The notes: generated by a model from the letters alone, not told the origin. A stretch of DNA of 64,000 bases from Perkinsus chesapeaki ATCC PRA-425 (GCA_013115145.1 JAAPAO010000042.1:1-64000); one strand, 5' to 3'; counted from the first letter of the stretch, positions 27,206 through 39,812 are shown. A program made the numbers and translations.

Positions 27206-27570
27206 AGCCGACTGGTTATCTATCGCCAACCTATAGACTCACATGACACTATCATCTCATGAAGGCTATTTGATCCACAGATTTCCTCGAGCTTTTTGTG
27301 CATAGGGCGAGATGGGGCGATACCACCAGTAAGGCATGTCACGGTGACACACACTCTTTCGTTGTCAGTGACAACTTATCACGCGTAAATATTGAGATTT
27401 GCGATAGTCCCGTAGCAAAACTGTATGTCCCGAGTGTTCGAGGTGCAGCTCGTTATGTCTTAACTTAAGACATAACTGAGTCCGACTCTTAAGTCAGAGG
27501 CATAGAACACTAGCATGTACTCGTACAGAAATCGTGCATTGCAAGCTCTAACTGTCAAGGTCTTCAGTTG
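27206..27570. repeat. Dispersed repeat X, copy 1 (direct copy at about 31584-31900)
   Basis: Shared blocks such as GGTTATCTATCGCCAACC and TAGGGCGAGATGGGGCGATACCACCAGTAAG. Confidence 0.9.
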
Positions 27571-27770
27571 ACCTATATCGAGGCGAATCGGCAGGCGTGT
27601 TTAGGGCTGGTTATTTTCCAGATTTTCCTCGATTTTTACTATGCTACACATGTAGCCTACACGTGTGGCTTCCTCTTAGATGAGACTGTTACGTGTGTTT
27701 GCCCACGGTGCGATGAGTGAATCTCGTCTGATCCAGTAAAATTGCGTCCAGTGGCCAACACACTCCAAAG

Positions 27771-27887
27771 GTTGAGCGGGAAGAGGTTTCGGTTTGGGTA
27801 TCCATTGCTGTCAAAGCAGCAAGTGACCCAAGCCAAATCTAGGGGCCATTTGTGGCCCAAGTCCCTATATCGGGCACAATTGATGTG
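27771..27887. repeat. ~115-bp dispersed repeat, inverted copy at 45056-45167
   Basis: Its reverse complement matches 45056-45167 closely (CCCCTAGATTTGGCTTGGGTCACT...GGATACCCAAACCGAAACCTCTTCCCGCTCAAC). Confidence 0.9.
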
Positions 27888-28923
27888 CCTGGAATTATTG
27901 GAAAGTCATTCTACTGAGTGATGTCATCATCAAGTATAACGCTTCACAACTCCCACAGTTATTGCTATAACTGGGCCTGAATAGCAAATCCCATATCTTT
28001 GTTTTCTGCATTGTGTCTGGAAATATTTGGGTTGTGCGTGCGGCGCTCCCTCAATCTCAGGAGATTTCGCAGCCGCTACATTCGCAAGGTCATTCCACTT
28101 ATCATTACTAAAAGCCAAGTCTAAATACCGTGACCACTGTGCCACACCGAGAGTTTGCTGGCGGAGCCCGTGAATTTACGTGAAGTCCTTTCCCTCCGAG
28201 GAATTCTCACATCAATAGGGTGCCGGCTTGTTTTAATGGAATTTCCTGTTATATCCCGCGTATAGAGAACGAACTGATAGTCATGAGAGATATACATGTA
28301 CAACCGTACATGAGTAGTAAAAAAAGATTCATTTCACCACCAATGCTGATCCGTTACTTCAATTCCACGTCAGCCATCCTGCACTCATTGTCAGTTGCAA
28401 CGGCGGTGTTGCTGTCCCGACGGATATGTTGCTTTAAGCATGATTCGACATGAATACGGATAACTCAAAACCTCCTGACCACCCCTGCTGGTATTTGTCA
28501 TGAGTCTGATATCCATCCTGGGTGACCGAACCTCGGTCTACTTCTTGTCGGTTCTTCAGGAGTCTTGTATTGTGCCGCGGACAGTATCTTATCCATGGCT
28601 CCCAGTACTGCGAGTAGGATGGAGATACTGTTTCCTTTGATCAGGTCCGGATTACGTTCCGGACTGGTGTAGATAGAGTGGCTAGTTGCAGTAGTTTATA
28701 AGTTCACAATCCCTCCTGGCGTGTTGATACTTGGCCGTGGAAGTTAGAGGTCTTATTGGTGACCCTCTTCGAACTCATTGTATCCTACTGGCCAAAGATT
28801 GAAGTCTCCAGTGGAGCTGCTTCAACGCAGAATATGCGCCCTCTTCGATAGGGCTCGTGACGCGATTTCCGTGCAAGGCATGGAGTAATCGCATTGTTGA
28901 AAGTTGTAGGTTCTTATCGAAAC

Positions 28924-29100
28924 ATGCGTATCTCCCTCGCTATCTTGGTATCGTACTGCTTCATGCCCGGTAGTGCACTAACTAGCTCTGCCAAAGCCGA
29001 ACTCTCCTGGCCTGTTCCCCATCCCTTCTCGTGCGATACATGCCCAGATGGCCCCAACTGCTGCATGGTGGGACTAGATAAGATAGATTGCATATGCTAA
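28924..29100 (+). CDS. Small secreted cysteine-rich peptide, C-C-CC-C-C framework (58 aa)
   Basis: ATG at 28924: MRISLAILVSYCFMPGSALT-SSAKAELSWPVPHPFSCDTCPDGPNCCMVGLDKIDCIC-stop. Confidence 0.6.
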   Translation: MRISLAILVSYCFMPGSALTSSAKAELSWPVPHPFSCDTCPDGPNCCMVGLDKIDCIC

Positions 29101-29972
29101 TAATAAGCAGCTAATTGCTTGGTGAGTCAAAAGCCAAGTGATATTCCCTTTGTTGAATCATTCAACTTGAATGATGCCCCCATTGATGTCCTGGTCCAAG
29201 GCTGGAATGTGCCGAAAGCTCTTGATAAGCTTATATTCTGCACGTTCCATCTTGCCTCTGGCAGTTTTAGTTTTTAGGTTTTGAGGAATAGATAAGCCTA
29301 TCGTGGTACATGCACCATGTAGCACGGTCTCTGTACTACTTGGTCGGTTCTATCTTGGTGCATCTACCTCAGTCTGGCGATGGCGAGTGTGTTCCTGCGG
29401 CAGGAATCCTGCCTCCACTTAGTCTGTCTAAGAGCAGGGAAGAGTTCTAAGTTGCTTAGACAGGTCTCACCAGGTCGTAACCGCTAACCTATCTCTTTCA
29501 ATTCTGTTCTGCTGGTTTGACGTAATTGCGTATTGTCGTAAAGCCGAGAAAGCTCGACGGCGTTCCTCACTGGAGCCGTAATCAGTCTGTTACAGATTAT
29601 TCTATCATGCGCACGTCTTCCCTGATAGGCTGTCAGTGACTGCGCCGAGGAACATTATATCCTTCTAGTAGGGTCACATTTATCGTCGTCTCAGTAGATA
29701 TTCGTAAAAGTTTTTCCTGATGTTACCCGTTATGATTTGGATCTGGTGGTGCAAGTCCTAGAGGACCGACAATCCTCGAAGGATTTAGATCATCTGTTAT
29801 CTAGGGTAGGTTCCGTCCTTTAGTTGCGTTTGTTAATTCGGTGATTCTCCTAGCTCGTGGTCCACGAATCGGGGATGACACCGGTGAGAATCGTCATGGG
29901 AATAGAGGAAGATTGCTGAGTGAACTACTCAGCCCGCCGCTCAAGCTTTCATATACTTTTTTTCCACTCTAA

Positions 29973-30043
29973 TAATGGTGATCAATCATTGATCACCATT
30001 AAAAACCACGATCATTCATTATGAATGATCGTGGTTTTTAATG
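29973..30043. repeat. Two overlapping perfect palindromes (14-bp and 23-bp arms), each with a 1-nt spacer
   Basis: 29973-29986/29988-30001 and 29997-30019/30021-30043. Confidence 0.97.
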
Positions 30044-30967
30044 CATAGCGTTAGGTGTGGCTGCCAGTGAGGCACAGCTGATGTGCTCATAGTAAGCAGG
30101 GCTGGGCCAGGCCGCCTGGCGTAGTATAGCAGACTTCGCGGAGACCGATTTATGAATACGCTTTTCACCGAATAGCTGTTCCGCTGTAGGGCGTGCAGTG
30201 CACGTATTCCTCCGAGGCTCATGCTCTCGTTTTCCGTGGCACCTAGGTTTTTGTTTCCATTTTCGTTTCACGCCTAGAGGTGCTGAGTGTAATCACTTGA
30301 CTATCATTCCCAAGAGCCTGCAATTCGTGGGCCAAGGGCGACTATCGATGCAGTTCCTTGTGAAGCCGGGGGTTCGTTTGTTTGCTTGTTTGGTGATCTG
30401 TGTCTTATTGCCGATAACTCAGGCTTAGAACATCCAGCGATGCAACTGTTGGATTGCCAATGTTTCGGCTCGGTTGTCGGGGCATGATTCAGAATTACCA
30501 CGTGCGCTTGCACACGGTGTTTGCCCTCAGTAGATATCCATCAAAGGCGCTAGAAATCCTTACCTTCGATTAGCCAGCTAGCCACGCTTGTTCACGGACC
30601 GAGGCATGGTGGTTGAAACGGCTCAACTTGACCAATTGCAGACGATACCAATATTGCTGTTTTTAGACTACAACAATTGTAGAATGGTAGCGTAAGTTTA
30701 CTGTGGCTAAACCCAACACTTTTATTCGAAAAGGCCGTTTTCACGACGACTGCTCTCAAGGCTACTAAAGACAACATTAAATGCCATTCTTAAGTCTACA
30801 TACGAATTATCTATTCGCATGAGGTAGACGGTCCAGAAATATATTTCTGAGGGCTCTGGATCCCATCCGAGGGGTTTCATTAAAACCGTTTCAAGAGCTT
30901 AATGATTATGGAAGATAGAATTCCTCCTAGCGAGGATCGTATGCCGTTTCCAAATAGTCAGCAACAT

Positions 30968-31204
30968 TCAGTGACAACAAACACTACAATCTAAGTCGCA
31001 TGTGTTTCGAACTCCTCCACAAGGAATTGCCAATAGGTTCGCTTCTGGGCTGCCCCCATTGCACCAAGTACAAAAATTACAGTTACTTCTTTTGTTCAAG
31101 GCTCGTTGAGGAAGATGGGATGGACGGGCCTCAACTTGGACCATTGAATAAATGACCAATAACACAGGTAAGTAAGCCGCAAGGCGGAAGAGGAGGCTGG
31201 ACAT
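30968..31204 (-). CDS. Small secreted cysteine-rich prepropeptide (78 aa, family member 2)
   Basis: Signal MSSLLFRLAAYLPVLLVIYSMVQVEA, pro-segment RPSHLPQRALNKR, mature SNCNFCTWC...CC H with 8 Cys. A close paralogue at 41680 conserves all cysteines. Confidence 0.8.
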   Translation of the reverse strand: MSSLLFRLAAYLPVLLVIYSMVQVEARPSHLPQRALNKRSNCNFCTWCNGGSPEANLLAIPCGGVRNTCDLDCSVCCH

Positions 31205-31583
31205 TGGCTATATTCAATGCTAACCTGAGGCAATTTGCCTCTATCAATGCTAATGATTGTGGAGTGCTACAATCCAATCTGTCGGATTGTAATACAAATT
31301 GTTCTGCACAAAATCATTTCTGAATAAACTGTCACCATGATGGCGTCATGGTCACTGTCGCCGAGGAGCCCATTCCCATTTGTGGATGATTCACAACGAA
31401 CCACAATCAAATTCATCAGGCCGATCGCAATAATATGGTGATTCTCATCTAGCTTCCTCTCCGGTGGGATGGTTGTGGTAGCCAGTGTGCGAGTTGACGA
31501 CTCAGAGTCGTCGACTTCGAAGTTCGCCTCGTTCAACAACCCTTGGGTGGCGTTTATGATAAAGCCTTTTTCATGTCCGAAAC

Positions 31584-31900
31584 GAAGCCGGCTGGTTATC
31601 TATCGCCAACCCATGGGCTCACACCATCTCACTATCATCTCATGAAGGCTATTTGATCCTCAGACCCGATCGAGCTTCTTGTGTATAGGGCGAGATGGGG
31701 CGATACCACCAGTAAGCCATGTCACGGTGACACTCTCTTTCGTTGTCACGCGTTACTCCTGAGAGTTGCGGTAGTTCACGGCAAGACTGAAGGCTTCGAG
31801 TCTTCGAAGTGGAGCTTGTTAGGTCATACGTCCGAGGCATAGACCACCAGTATGCAATCGTTCAGACATCGTGCCTCGAAAGCTCTAACTATGTTTCCTT
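31584..31900. repeat. Dispersed repeat X, copy 2
   Basis: Direct paralogue of about 27206-27570. Confidence 0.9.
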
Positions 31901-33289
31901 CAGAGAAACACATTTCTCTGAGGCTGGATGACTCCAGGTTCACAACCGTTTTTTGTTCGGTCAAGTGTGTGCGGCATACCTTTTCGTTGTAGTGTAACAC
32001 AACTTGTGTTCATATGAAAGCAGATATGTGAATGTTAACTGAAATCCTTAAAGGAGTGTGGGTAGGACGCACTGTACAGACATAGCCTGTGCAGCGTGTT
32101 AGTGCCTCACCGACCACTTGGAGGGTCTCGACCTGATGCCTACAGGCCGGTGACTCAAGTGATTGGTAGGGCACCTTCGTACCTAGGGTATTTTTTTGGA
32201 AAAAAGGTTACTGTTCTCCTTTGTTAACGATCGATTTGTCCCTCATTGAGTGAAAAACCGAGCACAATTTGAGCATTACAGCTTAGCGGAGACAGCGTCC
32301 TGCGTTATGTTGTGTAATTGGGACACAGGGATGGCTGGGTGCACTCCTGTTGCTTCCGTTATTCCACCTACGCTCGCAGAGGGCTGATACGTTGACACAG
32401 AATGAATATATCAAATTTGATAAAGTATCATACAGTCTGTATGATACAGAGGGGAGTGCTAGGTAATCGAGACTTGATTATCAAGTTTCGCGTGGAGGAC
32501 AAAATACTGATTATGCTACTCTTGGCCACATTACTCGCTCCTCGGTGATGACTCGCGAAGGTTACAGAGACAGGCTTTGAGTTCGTTACGTTTTGTGGCG
32601 GGTCGCTCAACAGAAAGCTTATTAGCTGATTCTCACATAACTAACCGTCATGGTTCATCCGGCATCCACCAGCTCACCAGTGAGCGGCAATCCAGCATGC
32701 TCACTCCCAGCAAACCGTGACAATACACTCGACGAGTCACTTCGCAGACTTCCCTCTACGGAACGATCGCGCAGGAGTACTGTTGACTACCGATGATAGC
32801 GTGATGAAGATTTCTCGGTAAGACTGAGCTCAGGATATCAACGATCTTGCAGCGTCAACGAGATCCGCAATTGTCGATGCTGTCAGAGAAGCTCATCTCA
32901 GCGGGCCGCAGTTTAATGAGCGAACCATTCCGATAACAAGATTATTGCCAAGCTCGCTCAAGCAGTAGCTGGCTCAGCAAAGCAGTGTGAGCACCAAACG
33001 AGACAGGTGAATTAACTACATTAGCTTCCCCTGGGAATTCTTTTTGTCTCGCAATGTGCTTTTCGATAAGAAAAGTAGACACGCTCCTCAGTGCGCGACA
33101 TAATAGCTTAATTTGGAGCAAATAGCTCCTCTACCTAATTTACGCATCGCCATAAAATGCATGGCATACATTATCCTGATTTTGCACTGACTAAGAAATG
33201 AGATTCGATACAGAGTCCTCCTGGCCCTCACATCCACGTACTCCAGGCATGGCAACTTGCCATTGGCAGAACACATGCATGTAACGTAC

Positions 33290-33350
33290 GTCTATCCTTC
33301 TACTGTAGAAGGATAGACATGCCATACAATGTAGAAGTTCTACATTGTAT
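33290..33350. repeat. Two adjacent perfect palindromes (14-bp and 13-bp arms), 1-nt spacers
   Basis: GTCTATCCTTCTAC-T-GTAGAAGGATAGAC (33290-33318) and ATACAATGTAGAA-G-TTCTACATTGTAT (33324-33350). Confidence 0.97.
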
Positions 33351-33581
33351 ATCCTACCTTGTAATTTAAATAGTCATACTGCGGCTCTATCTTCGCTCGC
33401 TGGTAGTGACTTCCTTCTGCAAAGGGGCTCTGTACTACAAACGGGTAGGTCGGAAAATCCCTATTAGAATAGAGTGGAATACTAGCTATTTTATGTCCTA
33501 TAATGAAGGTCATTAACGCTGCGTGCACAGAAGACTTCAGTGTCTACAATTGTGTTCTAGCTAAGCGCTGATATGGCTATT

Positions 33582-33614
33582 CTCTGATTCTCTGTGTAAC
33601 ACAGAGAATCAGAG
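33582..33614. repeat. Perfect palindrome, 16-bp arms, 1-nt spacer
   Basis: CTCTGATTCTCTGTGT-A-ACACAGAGAATCAGAG. Confidence 0.97.
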
Positions 33615-34709
33615 TAACAGTTACTTCGTTCTCATTCCCAGTCTATCTCTACCCTCCTTCTGGTGTGTTACATACGTTAAGAACCAATTTGGGGAATCCT
33701 TTCGTCTCTCAATTAGCATGCCGCGTTGGACTTCCAGTATCAGCCCAGGGACCATACCTTCCGATGAACCAACTGCTTCGCGATTATACAGCCAAACAAC
33801 AACAGTTTTCCACATGCCGACCACCTCATTGAACGTTGAGTTCTACAACGGAAATCTGATATCTTTGTCACGTCGATTGGTGGGCGATTACATGAAGCAG
33901 GAATAATTCAGACTCAAATTCATGACAACTCATGAATAATTAGATATTCATATAATTGGAAATTTAGATGATTCATGTCGCATTCATATAAACTCTTTCA
34001 CGGTTGCGGCCATTTACTGAGTAGTTGAGAACTTTTGCCTGGTTCGCAGTTTTTTAAATGGAAAAATGCAATGTTAAGGATCATCACTGCTACGTAACTT
34101 CCCTAACTCCACGCACTAACACAAAGGTCCGAAGATTCCAGTACCATCAAGCTCTAGGATTATGACTAAGCACATACAAAGAATGCCTAAACGCCTCATA
34201 TACAATTGTCCTTGGTGTGATAGACAGGTGCCACGCTTTGCTAGAGGAGGGATGATTGGAATTTCCAACCTAGAGAAGCCATAGTATGGCTGCCATACAT
34301 CCACCAGTAACTGCCAGTAAGAATCCAGTAAGACCATTGTAACCACAGAAGATCAAAATGTGGGCTGCTTGATTTCTAGAGACGTCAATCATAGCAAACC
34401 CTTGGGTTGGCCAAAGCAAAATCAGATACGGATTGTGGTTGTGCGCATCTGCTCATAATGATCAGTTTGATAAGTAAACTAGCAATTCATTTCCAAGTTG
34501 GAATGCCGACAGCAATGAAGGCAACAGTGACATATATTGTAGTCTCCAATACAATCTAATAGATTGAATCTATAATTCTGAGTGGAATAGTTCAGACAAA
34601 AGGCAAGACTTAGAAGCTATAAAGCTGGACCAGCTCAGCGGGTCGAGCACCCTAATGTATGGTCAAGACATAGGCATCTGACCAAGTTGACTCCACTTAG
34701 TGGGGTTGA

Positions 34710-35946
34710 CTATGTATACAACTTTGCACCATTCGGAGAGCCGGCGAATACCGACCCGTTGAAGTGACGGAGAGAAGTGCTTTGAGCGGCAGTTTTAGCA
34801 ATTCCCACTCGTCCATTATCTATTTGAAACTCGAAGTAATGCCCGATCAAAGCCGAACCGGGAAGGATCCGGTGAGGTATATCTAGCTTTACGATCCTAA
34901 TGGTGCATTTCTCGGCGTCTGGCCGCACATAATTAATATTACTCATAGTGATAGGAACTTCCCCTTTAGGTCCCAAGTTGAACATCAATTTTGGCATTGA
35001 GGTGTAGTTACTACACTGTAGTAGCTACAGGAAATTGACCATAGCTTATTTGCTGGGTTCCATACCAGGGGCTGTCGCACCGCTTGAGAGATATCTCTCA
35101 TTATGGCATCAAAATAAAGCGGTGGTACTGCAAGCGCGTCGCTTCCACTGTCGAGCAGTAGTTTCTGGTTAATACCAAGATGTAGGTGACCATCATCAAC
35201 CTGCATACTACTCAATGGTACCATATAATGTTTGGCATCGGTGAACGTCAGGTACAGTAATGGGTGCTTATAGAGGTTTGGGTCACAACCACCTAGTAGG
35301 ACTTTTCCATGATACCTGTCCTTGTTTCGCTCTCTCTTATTAAAGTAAATAGCGAAGGTTCTACTGTTTATTATTCCAGGCTTCTTATTCATCAATTAGT
35401 ACAGCAGCGGGGGGAACCCACGTTCACTTTGAGGTCCCAAACAGATTAGATTGAATACTGGGGATACATTAGGTGGAGGGTCTTGGCCAATCACAAGCTC
35501 GAACTTTACTTCACCGACGTCCACAGACCCTATCTTCGAATCATCTACATGTTCGAAGGCCGTTTCGCGTGTGCCATCGAAGAAAGTGTTAACATAAATT
35601 TCGGCATGCTGAGGATCACATTCTGTCTTGCATATATAGCAACCAGCGTACAACTTAGCACACGAAGAATCAGGGCTCATGACAGAGTCATACCATTCCT
35701 TCCAGATTAACTGGAATTGACTTGCGCCAGTATCCACCAGGGCCCATAGCCCCAGGTCCTTGAGATGACAATACGGGCTGAAGTCGGATTCATAACCAGA
35801 TATCCTTCCAAGAACCACATCAACTGACCATCTCCAACTGGCAGTCTACCCGAAATTCCAAATGTAAATGAAACAGCCCGAATGAAGTATAGCAGAGAGC
35901 GATAAATACACTTGGTTCTTTGATAGACGTTCCGATTGATAGACAT
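34710..35946 (-). pseudogene. Aspartic protease pseudogene (a different subfamily from the two intact copies)
   Basis: LVDTGAS and LLDSGSD motifs. In-frame TAA at 35396-35398; frameshifts near 35780 and 35000. Confidence 0.88.
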
Positions 35947-36062
35947 TCTCTGCTAGAGACTCAAGGCTGGAGAGCGGCGTATAATTGTTGATGAACCTCT
36001 TAATACCTGAAGTCGCTTCCAGGAAGTGATCACGAATCGTGATTCACGATGACAATGGTACC

Positions 36063-36120
36063 GTGTCACGGTGACCACGTCAGGGTGTCACAGTGACCTC
36101 GTCAAGGTGTCGCAGTGACC
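36063..36120. repeat. Degenerate 22-bp tandem repeat (~2.6 copies)
   Basis: GTGTCACGGTGACCACGTCAGG / GTGTCACAGTGACCTCGTCAAG / GTGTCGCAGTGACC. Confidence 0.8.
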
Positions 36121-37187
36121 GACAGTCGCTGACCAGGCCGATGGCATCGATCTTCTTTGAGCTCGGAAGTTTGAGGGGACCCCTTCCTTTCCCGCCATTT
36201 ACGAGGCCTAAGGCCTCAGGTCTTAGACCTGACATCCAGTGCCATAACATACGCAAGCGATGTATGATATATTGCTTGCGTATGTTGTGACACTGGTATA
36301 TATTTTGTATCTACACTGCAAGTATTTGAGCAATGAGGTAAGTTACGGTATGTACTACCGCGTAAGTGGGTTGCTTGTTCAAGGTTGACAACCGCTCGCT
36401 TGTTAAACAAGTCGCACAAGCTACAGTATCTAACATTTCGTCCGACTCGAAATGCAATAATACCACCGTATACGATTTAGTAAATCGGATTTACACAACT
36501 AGACTCCATCTTGGCATGAACAAAACGGGTAAACGTTGGGTTTGAATAGTCGATCTTAGCCCGGCCTGACAATGTAAAAAGCACAACTGAACCATGGTAG
36601 TGTATAGACTTTTGTAGACCGCGACGCCAATTGCTGCTGTTTAAAGGGTGCCTGCAAGGGTTGCTTGCATTTACATAACGTTAGGATTACTCTATTCAGA
36701 GGTCAGTCTCTTAAAATATTAATAGCAAACTGTGATGTGCTGAAGTCGCTCACTTCCCACCAAAAATGCCCTCCGATGTTGTTTCGAACGAGAACTGTCT
36801 TTGAATATTCCGAGATACTCCACATTCTCAACCAACGCGGATGAAGCCATAGCTGCTATCAGACATATTGTAGCGGGAATCATCTGCCAATAGTCGACAG
36901 CAAGGCTGCGGGGAGTCGCGTGCTAAATGGCCGTTTGACGATTACTCGTAGTAATAAACTCCATGCTGTTAAGCACTGTAGGGTAAGCCGCGCGCAAACG
37001 GTCACGATAGGTGTCACCTATCAGCCTGATAGTATCAGGTGACCTGAGTAGGACAGTTACCGACTATAAAAAGACAGCTGCAAATGAAGGCAGTACAAAG
37101 TCGTTTATTTTCTCAATCACGGACGTCAGTACTATGAAATATCAACATGCGATTGCCACAAAAAATTGCAAGGATAGTGATATTCAT

Positions 37188-38612
37188 TGTGCGCCGCCCG
37201 TTCATTGTACACGCGTACACAGTTCATTCCTCTTGCGAGAGTGAGTTAAGTGAAAGGAAGAAGATCACTGCATCTACTGTGAAAAGTAAATGGCAGTCGA
37301 CCCGTGTGCAGACACACTTTTCAAACTGGCTGGAAGGTCTCTGCATCCTCACAGTTTACTTTTGCAAGGGAAATGAACCCCATGCAGAATGGAGGAGATG
37401 CCGCACAATAAAGAGAGAGACCAAATTTGACCCTTCGATCACTGTATAAGGGGACCAATCGTTTCGATCGCTCCGGCTCGAATAGTCACATTGTGACCAA
37501 ATGTATATGCGTGATTCACGCAGCGTGAAGCCTCTGATCTCCATGTTCGAGTGATTCATCTGAGGCTGAACAGTTAAGCTGAGCTCCACGCTCATATATT
37601 CAGAGACTCACTTAGTGGGCGGCGGCCACTTAGTGGCCGTGAGTCGTCACATGATTAGTGGCTAGTGGAGCGAGAAGGGGTTGCCAGGAGAGACTTGACT
37701 CAGTGCCTCTTCTGTGGCAGAAGTTCTGCCAATTCCAGACCCATTACAATACTTCAAACATCATATATATTTACATAGCCTAACAGACAGAAGCTCATGG
37801 AGGTAGACTAGTCCACTAGTCATGCTAGACTAGCATTGCTAGTGGACTGCCGATCAGTCACTGAGCAGACCTTGCGACAGGCGTGTACTATAAGCGTTGA
37901 AGAAAGGCCAGGAAAGGTCAAGAAAGGTGATTGTAAGGCCTCTCATCTTCAAAAAGAGCAGGTATGAGTCGGACTCATTGAGTCCTGAGCTCACCGAGTA
38001 TGTCATTGATGACAACAATATAAGAAGGCGCCTCTTCCGAGGCGTTCACTTCATCAGTTAAATGACATTAGATAAGGGAACGCACGATTTCTTTCATGCA
38101 CTCACTGTCGCTATTTAATCACTATGGTAAGAGTCTTAGGTTAATAGCCAAACCTTGCATAGTTTTAAACTCTCGAAGTTGATATATGTTCGTACACGGT
38201 ACGTCACTTCGCGGGAAATCGAGCAATGTGATATATCAGAAAGGCAGCCTTTTGAAGGCTCGAGCTTTCGTTTTGTCTTTGGTTTCGCCAACGTACCAGT
38301 CATGTCCGTAAGCCGAGGAGTCATGGTTATGAAGACTCACCGAGTCCGACTCGCTTTGAACGGCTGTATAGTTCAGTCACTGAACTTCAGTGTGAACGAT
38401 GCCGAGCCGGGATTATCGACACTGCTCGTTGCCGCAAGCAAGCCGCTTGATGTAAGCGTACTGAGGCTCAACCCAACACCTCCATTCAAGAATACTGATT
38501 TGAAAGCGACTGCTTACACTCTGATAATATTGGGTGAGCAGTCCAAATACTACTTAAGGCTGCAGATAACAGCCGACAGACAACACGGGGCCCAGCTATG
38601 AGAAACTGCTCA
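37188..38612. repeat. Long direct repeat Y, copy 1 (~1.4 kb)
   Basis: Colinear with 40414-41666 from TGTGCGCCGCCC to GCTATG(A/G)GAA..GCTC, with copy-specific indels. Confidence 0.9.
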
Positions 38613-38684
38613 TGAATGCATTCCTCTAGGACACAAGAAAAAATCTCGTTGGCGAAGCAACATTATAACGGTAGCTGGTGGATG

Positions 38685-39812
38685 CTAGATTTTCTTCTTG
38701 GCGAAACCAATAGACCCAATATCATAGGTGTATTGGACGAAATGGCCTTTGAAAAGTGGATCACCGATGATCCAACGGTAAGGGGAACTTTGGTTGAAAT
38801 CAATCCCTTTGATACGAAGTCTACAGATCCCTGGACGCTTTAAAGCTCTTGTGTTGTCCTTCCCTTCAATGAATAGCCTTGTAGTAAGTCCTTCTTCATC
38901 ATCGGCTTTAATGTCGAACCAGATCTCTGGCAGCTTGCTGATGTCCGTGCAGTTCATTCTTCTCGCTCCATCAATATGAACGAGCTTGCTTATATACTCC
39001 AACAACCTGTTGACTTCTTTGACGGGTCCCCAAATGCCGCTAGACCCCGAATCGAAAAGAACGCGGGCCTTCTCGATGTGCAGGGCTTCTGACTCCGTTC
39101 CAGAGCGATAACCAGCCTCATCAATATTCAGAATCCAGCCTTGATCATCCCTTTGATGGAGTGTGACAAATGGTGAATGCCAACTAGGATCAGGATCTCC
39201 ACCTACCGTCAAATGCCCGATATCAGCGGATGTCCTTGGATAGGTTATCGAGAAGGCCAATCTGCGTATGGCTCCATCCAAGCCTCGAACCAGCTGATGG
39301 ATGAAGGAGTAGAGCTCACGAGAAAATCCCGGTGTCTTTTTCAATGATAAAACCGGAACTGGCGGGATGTAATCCGGAGTATATTGCTTCACTACACCAA
39401 GACGATAGTCCGAAACATTAACCGTCGTTCCGTTCGGGAGCTTCACAGCAAGAGATGCAGTATGAGGGAAGAACGTAAGAGTAGACCCGTCTACGTAACG
39501 AGTAGTGTCGTTCTCTTTACTGCTCTCCGCACACGAATCACCAGGACAAGAATAACAACCAGCGGTGAAGGTTTTGCATTTCTGTGGACCAAATGCATTT
39601 TCATAGAGAACATACGTCCTTCTTCCGCCGGTATCGGGTAAAACTCGGACAGTCTGACCATCGAACACCAGCTCGACCCAGAAACTGTTTCCAATCAACT
39701 TGATGGGAAAGTCAACAGTCCATGGCGGCAGAGCAGCTGAGCAAAAGTTCATAGGCAGAACAGTATGTTGTAGGTAAAATAATATAGGAGCAGCTAGATG
39801 ACGGGTGATCAT
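38685..39812 (-). CDS. Secreted pepsin-like (A1) aspartic protease, intronless, 375 aa; paralogue of 20214-21341
   Basis: LPDTGG and LFDSGSS motifs. ATG at 39812 aligns with ATG 21341 of the paralogue. Confidence 0.9.
   Translation of the reverse strand: MITRHLAAPILFYLQHTVLPMNFCSAALPPWTVDFPIKLIGNSFWVELVFDGQTVRVLPDTGGRRTYVLYENAFGPQKCKTFTAGCYSCPGDSCAESSKENDTTRYVDGSTLTFFPHTASLAVKLPNGTTVNVSDYRLGVVKQYTPDYIPPVPVLSLKKTPGFSRELYSFIHQLVRGLDGAIRRLAFSITYPRTSADIGHLTVGGDPDPSWHSPFVTLHQRDDQGWILNIDEAGYRSGTESEALHIEKARVLFDSGSSGIWGPVKEVNRLLEYISKLVHIDGARRMNCTDISKLPEIWFDIKADDEEGLTTRLFIEGKDNTRALKRPGICRLRIKGIDFNQSSPYRWIIGDPLFKGHFVQYTYDIGSIGFAKKKI

Noticed and set aside
30968-31204. CxxCxxC as an Fe-S or radical-SAM motif; also mollusc mytilin/myticin origin
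   Set aside because: The signal peptide and even cysteine count favour disulfides. Spacing differs from CxxxCxxC and from CS-alpha-beta defensins.
32648-33000. gag-like retroelement relic
   Set aside because: Only low-complexity, stop-interrupted pieces; no zinc knuckle or pol motifs seen.
35396-35398. Stop-codon reassignment explaining in-frame stops
   Set aside because: The same gene also has frameshifts, and intact genes in the window read through without internal stops under the standard code.
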